Shown here in pieces: positions 10,941-21,052 of a stretch of 64,000 nucleotides of DNA (positions are counted from its first letter, which is position 1; each line of letters starts with the position of its first letter). This DNA is from Planctomycetota bacterium. Its GTDB lineage: Bacteria; Planctomycetota; MHYJ01; WSZJ01. A program made the position numbers and the translations under genes. The stretch spans positions 159,579 to 223,578 of the forward strand of contig JBBTCT010000012.1 in NCBI GenBank assembly GCA_038060895.1, in the 5' to 3' direction. Under the pieces are notes generated by a model, which had not been told where the DNA came from, did no database searches, and saw nothing but the letters and a program-made list of their open reading frames with translations.

Positions 10941-11096
10941 CCAGTCCTCGGGCGCGCACCCTGCCCTCTTGCCCAAGCTCGTACCCGGGCCATCCCCCTG
11001 GCAACCAGGCAAGTTCTGCAGATCCCCTTAAGCCCGGGCGCCCCCCCCGCCGAAAAACCTACGGAGTTTCGCAACCCCACGGCGAGGAGATGCGTC

Positions 11097-11786
11097 ATGA
11101 ACAAGAAAGATGGTCTGGAGATCTACGAGCTCTTCCGGACGGGCCAGGGTAAGTCGGCAACGGCGGAAGTCACGCCGCCTCCGCAACCCTCGGTCAAGGA
11201 GCGAGTCACCGCCGTGCGGCCAGCTCCGGCTCCGGCTCCGGCCGGCGCGAAGTCCGGCCCTGGCGATGCGATCATCTCCGTGCGCCTGAACACGGCGCTC
11301 GTCGGCCTGATGGTCGGCGCCGCGACTCTCTTCGGTTCGTTCGCCCTCGGCGTTCAGTACGAGCGCCGGCATCGCACGGCGCCCGTGGAAACAGCCAAGG
11401 TCTCCGAGAACAACACCACGGCCGCGCTTCCCCCGGTCGCCCGAGAACCTCGCCGCGAAACGCCGATCGTCGTGCCTCCGCAGCCCGGGACGGAAACCCG
11501 GACACCGGCTGCTCCCGCGGAGCCGAGAAAGGGATTCACGCTGCAGCTCATGAGCTACGGCGCCGACCAGGAATCGATCGCCAACACCATGCTGCGCAAG
11601 GTCAAGGAAGCCGGCGGTGCGGAAGCGAGCATCGTGAAGGACAGGACCGGGAATTTCATCGTCGTCGCAGGCTTCGTCGAAAAACAGTCCGGCGGCGAAG
11701 CGGACACCGTGCTCGGGAAGTACCGCGCCATGGCGAGCCGGATCAACAAGCCCTTCAACCTGAACTGGATAAGCGCGACGAAGTAG
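11097..11786 (+). CDS. Membrane-anchored protein with Pro-rich linker and SPOR-like C-terminal domain
   Basis: Single TM, Pro-rich linker, GFTLQLMSY...FIVVAGF pattern; GAGGAG RBS. Confidence 0.6.
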   Translation: MNKKDGLEIYELFRTGQGKSATAEVTPPPQPSVKERVTAVRPAPAPAPAGAKSGPGDAIISVRLNTALVGLMVGAATLFGSFALGVQYERRHRTAPVETAKVSENNTTAALPPVAREPRRETPIVVPPQPGTETRTPAAPAEPRKGFTLQLMSYGADQESIANTMLRKVKEAGGAEASIVKDRTGNFIVVAGFVEKQSGGEADTVLGKYRAMASRINKPFNLNWISATK

Positions 11787-11845
11787 AAAGGGGCTCGCCG
11801 CGTCGGGGCGCGGCGGGAGACGGTGACAGCGGAGAGGAGCGAACC

Positions 11846-12730
11846 GTGAAGACGTCCGCGGAGTGCCTGCCGTGTCTGCTGAACCGGGTCATCGAGACCG
11901 CGGCGCAGGTGACTCCGGATGCGTGGCTCCACAAGAAGGTGATGCTCGACGTGGCAGCCGCGATCGTCAGCGGCTCGATCGACTTCGACCGCTCGCCGGC
12001 GGAGGTGACGAGCGAAGCGCTCCTGCGCGCGTGTTCGACGCTGCATGCCGACCCTTTCGCGGACGCGCGCCGCCACATGAACGACGCGCTTCTCTCGCAA
12101 CTCCCGGGAATCACGGCGGCGCTTCAGAAGCAACCCTCGCCGCTCCTCGCCGCCGGGCGCCTCGCCGCGATCTGCAACGACCCCGAGGTCTTTACGCGTC
12201 CGGTGGATGCCGCGGCCCTCGTCGCCGACTCCGCGTCGCGCCGCTTCGCCGTCGACGATTTCGCCCGGCTCGAAGCGGCGCTTGGGACTGCGAAGCGCGT
12301 CCTGTACATCCTCGACAACGCGGGAGAAATCGTTGCAGACCGCCTGTTCATCGAGGCGATCGGTCCTCGCCGGGTCACCGCGGTCGTACGCAAGAAGCCG
12401 CTCATGCGCGACGCGCTCGATGCCGACGCCGCCCAGGTCGCGCTCCCCTGTCGCGTCATTCACACCGGCTGCGATCTCGCGGGCGCGCCGGCCGCGTTCG
12501 TGTCGCTGGACTTCCGCCGCGAGGTGGACCGGGCTGATGTCGTGATCGCGAAGGGAGAGAGCGCGTACCAGACGATGGAGGAGGGGCCGTGGAAGGCGTA
12601 CCACCTCCTGGTCGCGCGCTGCTGCTGTACGGCGCGGCATCTCAAGGTCGCTGCGGGGTCCGCACTGTGTATGGCGAGGGAAGCGCAGTCGGGGCGAAGG
12701 GCGGGGACGAAGGTGGCGTGGAGGGCGTAG
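11846..12730 (+). CDS. ARMT1-like/DUF89 damage-control phosphatase family protein
   Basis: MKTSAECLPC, DPF, LYILDNAGEIVAD, ADVVIAKG, LLVARC. Confidence 0.85.
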   Translation: MKTSAECLPCLLNRVIETAAQVTPDAWLHKKVMLDVAAAIVSGSIDFDRSPAEVTSEALLRACSTLHADPFADARRHMNDALLSQLPGITAALQKQPSPLLAAGRLAAICNDPEVFTRPVDAAALVADSASRRFAVDDFARLEAALGTAKRVLYILDNAGEIVADRLFIEAIGPRRVTAVVRKKPLMRDALDADAAQVALPCRVIHTGCDLAGAPAAFVSLDFRREVDRADVVIAKGESAYQTMEEGPWKAYHLLVARCCCTARHLKVAAGSALCMAREAQSGRRAGTKVAWRA

Positions 12731-12744
12731 GGCGGTTCTGGCCA

Positions 12745-12880
12745 TATCCGCGGCCGTTTCCGCGTCATCACGCCTTTATCCGCGTATTCCCTTGCCTTTC
12801 GTCTGTCGAAGAATTTGTCCTGAAGGACTGCAACGGAATACGCGGATCACTGCCAGATATCGCGGAAACGGCCGCGGATA
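12745..12880. repeat. Dispersed palindromic element, copy 1
   Basis: Perfect 20-bp outer IR TATCCGCGGCCGTTTCCGCG and 13-bp inner IR ATCCGCGTATTCC. Confidence 0.85.
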
Positions 12881-12924
12881 AAGCCGTACCCGACAGGGGC
12901 CACCGGCAATTCCCCCCTTCCTCC

Positions 12925-12952
12925 TTGCATTCCTTCCCCCCGCTGCTAAACT
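12925..12952 (+). promoter_or_regulatory. sigma70-type promoter
   Basis: TTGCAT-16 nt-TAAACT with extended -10 TG. Confidence 0.55.
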
Positions 12953-12987
12953 TCTCGCCCTCCTAAACCCAGCCGGAGTCCAAAAGC

Positions 12988-13320
12988 ATGTCCATCCACA
13001 AGAGCCTCAGGAAACTCGGCGCCCTCAAGCGCCATCGCAACGTCCTCACCCGCTCGGAACGCTTCAAGTCCATCGAAGACGAGGGCAAGGCGACCGATGC
13101 GACGTCCGTGTATGGGCTGCCGAAGCTGCGCAGCATCCTGATCAAGGCCAAGCCGAAGGCCAAGGCCGAGCCGGCAGCGGCGGCGGCGGGTGCCGCTCCT
13201 GCGGCGGGCGCGGCGCCGGCAGCGGCTCCGGCGGCGGGAGCGAAGGCCGGTGCCCCTGCGGCGGGCGCGAAAGCGGCGCCTGCGGCTGGCGCGAAAGCTG
13301 CGGCCCCCCCGAAGAAGTAG
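12988..13320 (+). CDS. PVC-superphylum small basic protein (TIGR04137-like) with Ala/Pro/Lys tail
   Basis: MSIHKSL...RHRNVLTRSER...SVYGLPK signature. Confidence 0.88.
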   Translation: MSIHKSLRKLGALKRHRNVLTRSERFKSIEDEGKATDATSVYGLPKLRSILIKAKPKAKAEPAAAAAGAAPAAGAAPAAAPAAGAKAGAPAAGAKAAPAAGAKAAAPPKK

Positions 13321-13340
13321 CCGGGCGAACCAAGAACACA

Positions 13341-13368
13341 AACCCCGGGAAACCGGGGTTTTTCTTTT
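13341..13368 (+). terminator. Rho-independent terminator
   Basis: AACCCCGG-GAAA-CCGGGGTT plus T-rich tract. Confidence 0.85.
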
Positions 13369-13420
13369 TGGCACGAGGCGTGAATTCGCGGCGGCGCGCC
13401 ACGCAGTACACTCCGGGTTC

Positions 13421-15841
13421 ATGCGGTTCCTCGCGCTCAGCTTCCTCCTGGTCTCTCTCGCGTGTCCCGCCGAGGACGCCGCGCCTCCCGACGAGCCCCT
13501 TCCCGACGGCGCGCTTCTGCGTCTCGGGAAACCGATGATGAAGCGGATCGGCACGCGCTCGGCTTTCGGCGTAGCGCCGGACGCGGGAAGGGCGATCGAT
13601 GCCAATGGCAGGGACGTGGACGTGTGGGATCTGCGGACGGGGAAAGACTTGAAGCGCTTCCGGCTGGACAAGGACGCGCTGGCCGTAGCGATTTCCGCGG
13701 ATGGAACTTGGGCGGCGGCGGCCCAGGAGGATGGCGGCCTTGTCGTGTGGAAGCTCGGGGGCGCTGGCGTGGGCCGGATGCTCGAGGAGAGCACGAAGGA
13801 ATACTGGTGCCTCGCGTTCTCGCCCTCGGGCGAGCGGCTCGCCGCCGGCTACGTGTGGGGCTCCGTGGCCGAATGGGAGGTCGCTTCCGGGAAACTCGTT
13901 CGCGAGTACAAGGGCATTCGCGACACGGTGACGTCGCTGGTGTGGTCGCCGGACGGGAAGCGGCTGTGCGCAGGGGGGTCGGACAAGCGAGCCCGCCTGT
14001 GGAACGCGGAGACGGGGAAACGGATTGCGGTCCTGCGCGGGCACAAGGACGAGGTCCGCGCGGCGGCGTTCTCGCCGGACGGCAAGGATCTCGTGACGGG
14101 GTGCGACGACCGGTCGTTGCGTTTCTGGAACGGTGTGACGGGCGAGATGAAGGAAACGGTCGCGACGCAGGGCTGGGTGCGCTCGGTGGCGTGGGGGCCG
14201 GAGGGAAAGACACTGGCGTGGGCGGACTCGGGCGGGAATCTTCACCTGCGCGACAGCGAGACCCGCCAGGTCCAGGATGTCGGGAAGCCGGCGCGGGGAA
14301 TCGGCGACATGACGCACCGCCACCTGGCTTTCGGCTCGGACGGCACGCTCTACGTTGCGGCCGAGGACGGAAGGCTTGAGCGGTGGCGACTGCGCGAAGA
14401 CGGGTCGCTCGGCGGCGACACGGCGCACGCCGGACCTGTCCTCCATGTGGCGATCGCGGCCGGCGGCGAGATCGCGACCGCGTCTGAAGACGGCACGGTC
14501 AATCTCTGGAAGCGAGAGGGAGGCGAGGCCCTCTCCGTGGTCAAAGCCGACGCCAACGTCGGCCCGCTGCTCTTCTCGCCGGATGGTTCGACACTCGCCG
14601 CCATCTCGGACCCCATGGTGCGCCCCGCATTTGGCCCGCAAGGCGCCCGGCTGTGGAGCGTGCGCGACGCTGGAGCCATCCCTTTCAACGCCGAGGGCGT
14701 TCGCGATTTTGCCTGGGCGCCGGACGGGAAGTCCGTCGCGCTGAACTGCGAAGGCGGACGCCTCATCATCCGCGACCTGCAGTCCGGCTCAGAAACCATC
14801 CTCGACGAGGGCAGCGCCGGGAACGATCCCTGGGGCGGCGGCTTCCGCGACGGCGTCGCCGGGGGCCTCGCGTACAGCCCCGACGGAAAGAGGATTTTCC
14901 GGGCCGCGCCCGACGGCAGCGGCGACATCGACGAATTCGGACTGGATCGCGGGAAACGCGCTTCCTGCATCCGGACGGGCCGGGCGCTCGGGGCGATGGC
15001 CGTCTCGCGCGATGGACGGCTCCTGGCTGCAGGGACGCCGGAAGGCGAATTGCTCATCGACATCGCTTCCGGGATGGCGTTCGACCGCCTGCCGGCGCGC
15101 CTGTCGCTGGCTCCTGGCCAGCCGTATTTTGCCGAGATCTCCGGTCCCTATCTCCGGATCCGCCGCGTCGGATCGGCGAAGGAAGAGCTGGCGTCGGTGG
15201 AACTGCGATCGCTTCCGCGCAGCGTCGCATGGTCCCCGGACGGCCGCCGCATCGTGACCGGCCTCGACGACGGCTCGACGCTCGTCTGGGACGCCGAGAA
15301 GCTCCTCCGAAACGCGAAGCCCCCCGCCGCCGGCGACGAACCCCTCGATTCCTTGCTCGACCGTGCCGGCCTTCCCAATCCGGAAAAAGCCTGGGACGCC
15401 GCCTCCCGCGCTTCAGCCCTCCCCGGCTGCGCAGCTGCCCTGGCCGCACGACTCAATGCCCTCGCAGGCGCCGACGCGTCCGCGGTCGCACCGCTCGTCC
15501 GGCTGCTGGGCTCGGACGACCCTGAAAAGAGGGACCAGGCAGAAGCGGATCTGCGCGAGCTGGGTCCGCGGGCCCAGCGGGACGTGGAAGCGGCGCGTGG
15601 CGAGGCGACGGATGCGGAAGCGCGGGCGCGTCTCGAGGCGATCCTGGCGGACTGGGAGCGAGGCCCCGCGCGCGGGCCGGCGCTGGGCTGGCTGCGCGGA
15701 GTGATGATTCTCGAATGGCTGGCGCCCGGCGCGGACGGCCCGAAGGCCAAAGCGCTGCTCACGCGCCTTCAGGCCGAGGCCCCGTGGGCGCGGGTCCGGG
15801 GCGCGGCCGCTGAAGCCCTGGACAGGATCCGCGCGAAGTAG
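13421..15841 (+). CDS. Secreted WD40-repeat protein with C-terminal HEAT-like region
   Basis: Signal peptide MRFLALSFLL, PLPDGALLRLG, many FSPDG/WD repeats, LGSDD...RDQAEADL. Confidence 0.88.
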   Translation: MRFLALSFLLVSLACPAEDAAPPDEPLPDGALLRLGKPMMKRIGTRSAFGVAPDAGRAIDANGRDVDVWDLRTGKDLKRFRLDKDALAVAISADGTWAAAAQEDGGLVVWKLGGAGVGRMLEESTKEYWCLAFSPSGERLAAGYVWGSVAEWEVASGKLVREYKGIRDTVTSLVWSPDGKRLCAGGSDKRARLWNAETGKRIAVLRGHKDEVRAAAFSPDGKDLVTGCDDRSLRFWNGVTGEMKETVATQGWVRSVAWGPEGKTLAWADSGGNLHLRDSETRQVQDVGKPARGIGDMTHRHLAFGSDGTLYVAAEDGRLERWRLREDGSLGGDTAHAGPVLHVAIAAGGEIATASEDGTVNLWKREGGEALSVVKADANVGPLLFSPDGSTLAAISDPMVRPAFGPQGARLWSVRDAGAIPFNAEGVRDFAWAPDGKSVALNCEGGRLIIRDLQSGSETILDEGSAGNDPWGGGFRDGVAGGLAYSPDGKRIFRAAPDGSGDIDEFGLDRGKRASCIRTGRALGAMAVSRDGRLLAAGTPEGELLIDIASGMAFDRLPARLSLAPGQPYFAEISGPYLRIRRVGSAKEELASVELRSLPRSVAWSPDGRRIVTGLDDGSTLVWDAEKLLRNAKPPAAGDEPLDSLLDRAGLPNPEKAWDAASRASALPGCAAALAARLNALAGADASAVAPLVRLLGSDDPEKRDQAEADLRELGPRAQRDVEAARGEATDAEARARLEAILADWERGPARGPALGWLRGVMILEWLAPGADGPKAKALLTRLQAEAPWARVRGAAAEALDRIRAK

Positions 15842-15856
15842 CCCTCTTCGACGACC

Positions 15857-17326
15857 TCAGGGTTTCCACCCAAATCTCAGGATTTGCCCGCCCTGCACGA
15901 TCGCCGGGTTCCTCGTCTTCAGCCCATGCGCCTGCACGTTGATCAGCCACGCGCCGCGCCCGAAGGCGCCCTCCGCATCGACCACGCCGCTGAATTCCCA
16001 GCCCCCCGGCTTGTCCTCGCCCTTGTCGATGGAGTTCAACGCCGGGTCAGCCTTCACCCAGTGCCCGTTCGCCGCCGCGCGCGAGACTTCCAGCACGCGC
16101 GTCAGCTTCGCCGTCGGAATCTCATAGATCCAGAGGGAGGAGTCGCGCTTCAGCCCGAGCGACTCCAGCCCCGGCACCGGGTCCTCGCAGATCGCCAGTT
16201 CGCCGTGCGCGTTGACGTCAATGTTGTCCGGGCTCACGATCCCTTCGCTCCCGTCGAGGACGATCGTGATCGTCCCTCCCGCGGCGGGGTCCTTCGGATC
16301 GATCTCGAGCTTCCAGACGCGCCCCAGCGGGTTGCAGGTCAGCGGCCGGCCGGTGGTCGTGAAGTACAGCGTCCCGGGATGCGACGGGTCCGGCGCGCCG
16401 TCCTCGATGCGGACGAAGCGAAACGCACCGGCGGCCACCGCGGCCGCGTCCAGGGCCGCATCGCTCTTCGAAGCATCCATTTCCACCCACCGCCCCGGGA
16501 CCGGCTTTCCCTTGTCCTTCACGGCCGCTTCCGATCCTTGCGCCGCGTCCCTGGGCACGAACGTGAAGAGCTTTCCGCCGCGCAGTCCATTTCTTGCCGG
16601 CGGATCGATTCCCGTCTTGTCCTTCGTGCCGACGTACAGGTAAAGCTCGGCGTGCAGCCCGTCGCCCGCCGCGGGCGCGTCCTCGAAACCCACGACCGCC
16701 GTCGTCGCGCCGGTCCCGGGGACCACGACCAGGTTCTCCCAGGGCGCACGGCCGAGTTTCGGAAGCGCGTAGAGCGCGCCTTCCGCGAGCCCGAACGCCT
16801 GCCCGCCCAGGGGGTCGCTCGCGTCCTTCCCCGAGGTCTCTTCACCCGTGAGGAACATCGGCGGGTCGAACCCTTCCCGCGCCCCCGCGAGGTACGCCGA
16901 GCACAGCTTCGCAATCGCCACGCTTCCCGCTCGCGCCTTCGAAGCGGGCTCTCCCATCCAGACCTCGTCGATCGCAGGCCGTCCCGCGACGACCTTGCCG
17001 CCTTCGAGCGTCAGTTCGCTGATCCGCGCGCCCGAAGCAAGCGGGCCGGCCGATGTCCCGACGGCCTTCGGCCATTCGTGATTCACGAAAAGCTGCAGTT
17101 TTCCGTCGCGCGCCACCCACCCCATCCCGTCCGGAACGCCCGGAAATACGTACACGCCGCCATCCAGCAGAATGGGTTCGCCGCAGGTGATGACGGGCGT
17201 CACGGAGGCTCGCGAGTCGGTCGCCACGGCGTAGGCCGGTGCGCTCGCATACCCCTGCGGCCCGGAGTCGCCGCAGCCTGGGAGCAGGGCGGCAATCGAA
17301 GCGGCGATCAGGATTCTCAGGCCCAT
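15857..17326 (-). CDS. PhoX-like (DUF839) alkaline phosphatase lipoprotein
   Basis: Lipobox LPGC; PDGMG, FVNHE, LCSA, TGEE, LGRAPWEN, RIEDG, SPDNI, ICED, EFSG, NVQAH. Confidence 0.8.
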   Translation of the reverse strand: MGLRILIAASIAALLPGCGDSGPQGYASAPAYAVATDSRASVTPVITCGEPILLDGGVYVFPGVPDGMGWVARDGKLQLFVNHEWPKAVGTSAGPLASGARISELTLEGGKVVAGRPAIDEVWMGEPASKARAGSVAIAKLCSAYLAGAREGFDPPMFLTGEETSGKDASDPLGGQAFGLAEGALYALPKLGRAPWENLVVVPGTGATTAVVGFEDAPAAGDGLHAELYLYVGTKDKTGIDPPARNGLRGGKLFTFVPRDAAQGSEAAVKDKGKPVPGRWVEMDASKSDAALDAAAVAAGAFRFVRIEDGAPDPSHPGTLYFTTTGRPLTCNPLGRVWKLEIDPKDPAAGGTITIVLDGSEGIVSPDNIDVNAHGELAICEDPVPGLESLGLKRDSSLWIYEIPTAKLTRVLEVSRAAANGHWVKADPALNSIDKGEDKPGGWEFSGVVDAEGAFGRGAWLINVQAHGLKTRNPAIVQGGQILRFGWKP

Positions 17327-17518
17327 CGTCTCATTCTATCCCCCGCGTAGCCGCGGGGCCCGAAGAGGCGCGCGCCCACAACCTCCTCGGACGCGGCGCT
17401 GCCGCAACAAGCGGTGCGCCGTCCCCGTCGGCTACGAACGCGGGGATGGTAGGGCGGGCGCGTGAAGAGAGCGTTCAGGCAAGATGAAATGTGGGGAAAT
17501 TGAGTGAGGCGGATCGGG

Positions 17519-18142
17519 CTACCGACCGACGACCGCAAACTCCTGCGTCGCCAGCACTCTCCCCTTTTCATCCTGGATCTCCAGCTTCGCCGCGCCGACA
17601 CTCGTCGCGTCGATCTTCTTCGCCGTCCACGTCCGGTACGAATTCGACCCGATCGTCATCCACGCCCCCGGGAAACTCTTCCCGTTCAGCGTCCACATCG
17701 GCCGCACTTTCTTCCCCGTTCCACCCGTCACGCGCATCCAGCAGTACACGCGGCTGGCGTCCGACTTGACCGTCGTCGTCTCGCCGACCGGATTGCGGTC
17801 CTTGACGCCGAGGCACACCGCAAGCCTTTCAATCACTGGCGCACCCTTCGGCGGCTTCACCTGCGGCGCCTTCGGAAGCGGCACCGCTTCCGCGAGGCGC
17901 GGAAGCATTCCCGCCGGAATCACGCGGGGCGAAACGCGCTCGCCGCCCGGCACCGCCATTGGCGCTTCAACTTCTTTCGGCGGCGCCGAGACGAGCGTCA
18001 CCGGCGTCTCAGGCTCGCGTGGCGGCGCGTGAGTCTTGACCACCTGTCGCCCGGCCCCGCGCATGACGCGCTCGACCGCGGCAAACAATCCGATCCCCAG
18101 GCCCCCGGCGATCAGGAGCCCCAAAACCACGCGCTGGTTCAT
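17519..18142 (-). CDS. DUF2914-like domain protein
   Basis: N-terminal TM; GVKDRNPVG...VYCWMRV...YRTWTAK; start set at MNQRVV. Confidence 0.75.
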   Translation of the reverse strand: MNQRVVLGLLIAGGLGIGLFAAVERVMRGAGRQVVKTHAPPREPETPVTLVSAPPKEVEAPMAVPGGERVSPRVIPAGMLPRLAEAVPLPKAPQVKPPKGAPVIERLAVCLGVKDRNPVGETTTVKSDASRVYCWMRVTGGTGKKVRPMWTLNGKSFPGAWMTIGSNSYRTWTAKKIDATSVGAAKLEIQDEKGRVLATQEFAVVGR

Positions 18143-18273
18143 GTCACGCCCCGGAGAGGGGGACGGCACGCGCACGCCCGCCGGCCCCGCCGCACGGCGG
18201 AACCGGGACATGAAGCGCCCGTCCGGGAGCAAAGGAGTACGTCGGCGCGGCGGGGCAATAACTTGAGAGGGAT

Positions 18274-18792
18274 CTAGCGGGCGCCCGGCGCCTTCACCGT
18301 GAAATCCCCCTTCAGCCGGAACACGTAGGGCCCGGAGATGCCGCTTCGCGGCGACTCGCCGCGCCCCTGAAATGTCAGGTCAACCGAACCTTCGAGCGTG
18401 TCGTCGTCGCGCTCGTCCACTCGGGAGGTCCCGGTCCCGGCGCTTCCCACGAACCACTTCGTCTCGCTGGTCCACTCGCGGGCCCACATCCAGGCGGAGA
18501 CCAGGCGGCCGTCGGCGTCGACCTCGACCCAGGCGGAGAGCTGGACTTCGTCGTCTTTGCGCGTGAAGCGAAGGATGTCGTGGCCGCCGGCGATGATATC
18601 GACGATGCGGCCGGATTCGAGGTTGTCGATGCGGCCGGCCGTGGATTCGGTGGGTTTGAGGGAACCGTTCTTGAGCCAGTCGCCGGTGGAGAGTGTGAAG
18701 CGACGGTCGGGGGAGTATTCGGCGACGAGCGGGGTGGAGCCGCCGCAGCCGGCGAGGGCAGCGGTGAGAAGGAGGAGCGAGAGGGGGCGCAT
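18274..18792 (-). CDS. Hypothetical lipoprotein
   Basis: MRPLSLLLLTAALAGC lipobox; beta-rich. Confidence 0.65.
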   Translation of the reverse strand: MRPLSLLLLTAALAGCGGSTPLVAEYSPDRRFTLSTGDWLKNGSLKPTESTAGRIDNLESGRIVDIIAGGHDILRFTRKDDEVQLSAWVEVDADGRLVSAWMWAREWTSETKWFVGSAGTGTSRVDERDDDTLEGSVDLTFQGRGESPRSGISGPYVFRLKGDFTVKAPGAR

Positions 18793-18953
18793 GGGGGGAG
18801 TTTGAAGGGGGAAGGAGGGCCAGTCAACCAAGGGAGAGGGATTGGCGACACCGAACCCTTGCCTAACTCGCCCCTTCGCATTACTACATCGCACTGAAGT
18901 CCGCCCCCTGCCCTTGCCGAAAACCCCTTCGGAGGACGGTGTACCCCGAACCC

Positions 18954-20849
18954 ATGAAAAAACGGCCCGGCAAGGCCCTTAAGAAGGGGAAGCGGATGCA
19001 GCAGGAGAAGATCGATTCTGCGGCGGTGGAAAGCGCGCCGGCATCGAAGACCCTGAAGGCACGCGGCAAGCCGGTGGCCGCGAAAGGCCGCGTCACGGAA
19101 GTGCCGGTAGCCGGCGATGGCGCAGTCGAAGTCGCCGCGCCGAAGCGCCGCGGACCCGCCCATGTCCCCCAGACTGCGGAATCGCTCGCCAAGAAGCAGC
19201 GCGAAATCTCGGTCAGCGAGTTCTTCGCGAAGAACCGGCACCTCCTCGGATTCGACAACCCGAAGCGCGCCTTGATGACCGCGGTCAAGGAAGCCGTGGA
19301 CAACTCGCTCGACGCGTGCGAAGAAGCCGGCACGCTCCCGGACCTGCTCGTCGAGCTCCGGATGATCACCGAAGAGCGCTTCCGCATGATCGTCGAGGAC
19401 AACGGCCCCGGGATCGTGAAGGCGCAAGTGCCGAAGATCTTCGGGAAGCTGCTGTACGGCTCGAAGTTTCACACGATGAAGCAGTCGCGCGGGCAGCAGG
19501 GGATCGGCATTTCGGCGGCCGGCCTCTACGCGCAGATCACGACGGGCATGCCGGTCAAGATCCAGACGAGGACGGGGGCGAAGAAGCCGGCGTACGAATG
19601 CGAATTGACGCTCGACACGGCGAAGAACCAGGCCGAGTTGTCGCACGAAAAGGACCTTCCCGAGTGGCACCGCGACCACGGGACGCGCGTGGAGATCGAG
19701 TTCGAGGGAAAGTACGAAAAGGGCCGCCGCAGCGTGGACGAATACCTGCGCGAGACGGCGATCGCGAATCCGCACGTCACGCTGACCTACATCAATCCCC
19801 TCGGCGAAAAGACCGTGTACACCCGCCAGGTCACTTCGAACCCCGAGCCGCCGAAGGAAATCAAGCCGCACCCGTACGGGGTCGAGCTTGGGACGCTGAT
19901 GAAGATGATGCGCTCGACCGACGAGAAGAAGATGCAGGGCTTCCTGTGCAACGACTTCTCGCGCGTCTCGACGCAGGTCGCGCACGAGATTCTGACGACG
20001 GCAGGACTGACGCCGAACACCTGGGTGCAGTCCGTCGGCACCAAGGAAGCGGAGGCGCTCTACAAAGCGATCAATGCCACCAAGATCATGGCGCCGCCCA
20101 CGAACTGCATTTCGCCGATCGGCGAAGACCGGATCCTGGCGGGGCTGAAAGCGACCGTGAAGGCGAAGTGTTACGTCGCCACGACGCGCCGGCCGTCGGT
20201 TTACCGCGGCAACCCGTTCCTTCTCGAGGCCGCCATCGCCTGGGACTGCGAGGGCATGGATGCCGAGGACCCCGTCACGCTCTTCCGCTACGCCAACCGC
20301 GTCCCCCTGCTCTACCAGCAGTCGGCGTGCGCCATCACGCAGGCGGCGATCGAAACATCCTGGAAGAACTACGGGATGTCGCAGCCGCGCGGCTCGCTGC
20401 CCATCGGTCCGGCCGTCGTCTTCATTCACTTCGCGTCCGTCTGGGTGCCCTTCACGAGCGAATCGAAGGACGCGATCGCCAACTATGCCGAGGTCGAGAA
20501 GGAGATCAAGCTCGCCCTCCAGGATGTGGGCCGGAAGATCGGGACGTTCATCCGGCAGCAGGAGAACGCCGAGCGCGACGCAAAACGCCGGCAGATCTTC
20601 GAGAAGTACGCGACGATCCTGGCGAACAGCCTGGCGCGGATCACGCACCGCGGGCAGATCAAGAAGTCCCACGAGAAGGCGATCCAGGGCAAGGCGCACA
20701 AGATCAATTTCTGGCTGCAGAAAATCGCCAAGCGCGAGAGCGCCGCGGCGGACAAGCTGATCAAGGGCGCGATCCAGGAAGTCCATGAAGCGGTGCACGT
20801 CGTCGACGACGCGGCTCCGGCGAAGGACAAGACTGAGGGGCAGGAGTAA
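18954..20849 (+). CDS. top6B: DNA topoisomerase VI subunit B (start uncertain)
   Basis: [42 protein letters not shown]...[28 protein letters not shown]. Confidence 0.96.
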   Translation: MKKRPGKALKKGKRMQQEKIDSAAVESAPASKTLKARGKPVAAKGRVTEVPVAGDGAVEVAAPKRRGPAHVPQTAESLAKKQREISVSEFFAKNRHLLGFDNPKRALMTAVKEAVDNSLDACEEAGTLPDLLVELRMITEERFRMIVEDNGPGIVKAQVPKIFGKLLYGSKFHTMKQSRGQQGIGISAAGLYAQITTGMPVKIQTRTGAKKPAYECELTLDTAKNQAELSHEKDLPEWHRDHGTRVEIEFEGKYEKGRRSVDEYLRETAIANPHVTLTYINPLGEKTVYTRQVTSNPEPPKEIKPHPYGVELGTLMKMMRSTDEKKMQGFLCNDFSRVSTQVAHEILTTAGLTPNTWVQSVGTKEAEALYKAINATKIMAPPTNCISPIGEDRILAGLKATVKAKCYVATTRRPSVYRGNPFLLEAAIAWDCEGMDAEDPVTLFRYANRVPLLYQQSACAITQAAIETSWKNYGMSQPRGSLPIGPAVVFIHFASVWVPFTSESKDAIANYAEVEKEIKLALQDVGRKIGTFIRQQENAERDAKRRQIFEKYATILANSLARITHRGQIKKSHEKAIQGKAHKINFWLQKIAKRESAAADKLIKGAIQEVHEAVHVVDDAAPAKDKTEGQE

Positions 20850-20871
20850 CGACCTGGTGCATTGGGGGCTG

Positions 20872-20973
20872 TATCCGCGGCTGTTTCCGCGGGATTCGCT
20901 TTCATCCGCGTATTCATTTTCTGAAAAGAGCATACGCGGATAAAAGCGAATCTCGCGGAAACGGCCTCGGATA
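20872..20973. repeat. Dispersed palindromic element, copy 2
   Basis: TATCCGCGGCTGTTTCCGCG...CGCGGAAACGGCCTCGGATA; matches the element at 12745. Confidence 0.85.
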
Positions 20974-21052
20974 AGACTCTCCGGAACCCCGCCTTTGCTC
21001 TACCGGCAGGACTTTCCTATCGCCCTTGAATCCCGATTCCAAGAGGAATCCC

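Noticed and set aside
10399-11004. 201-aa ORF across the intergenic region
   Set aside because: No RBS or recognisable domain; overlaps palindromes and promoter motifs
18375-20933. Long antisense ORFs (also 1932-3794, 3502-5199, 34524-37475, 60576-63317)
   Set aside because: Shadow frames of well-supported genes in high-GC DNA
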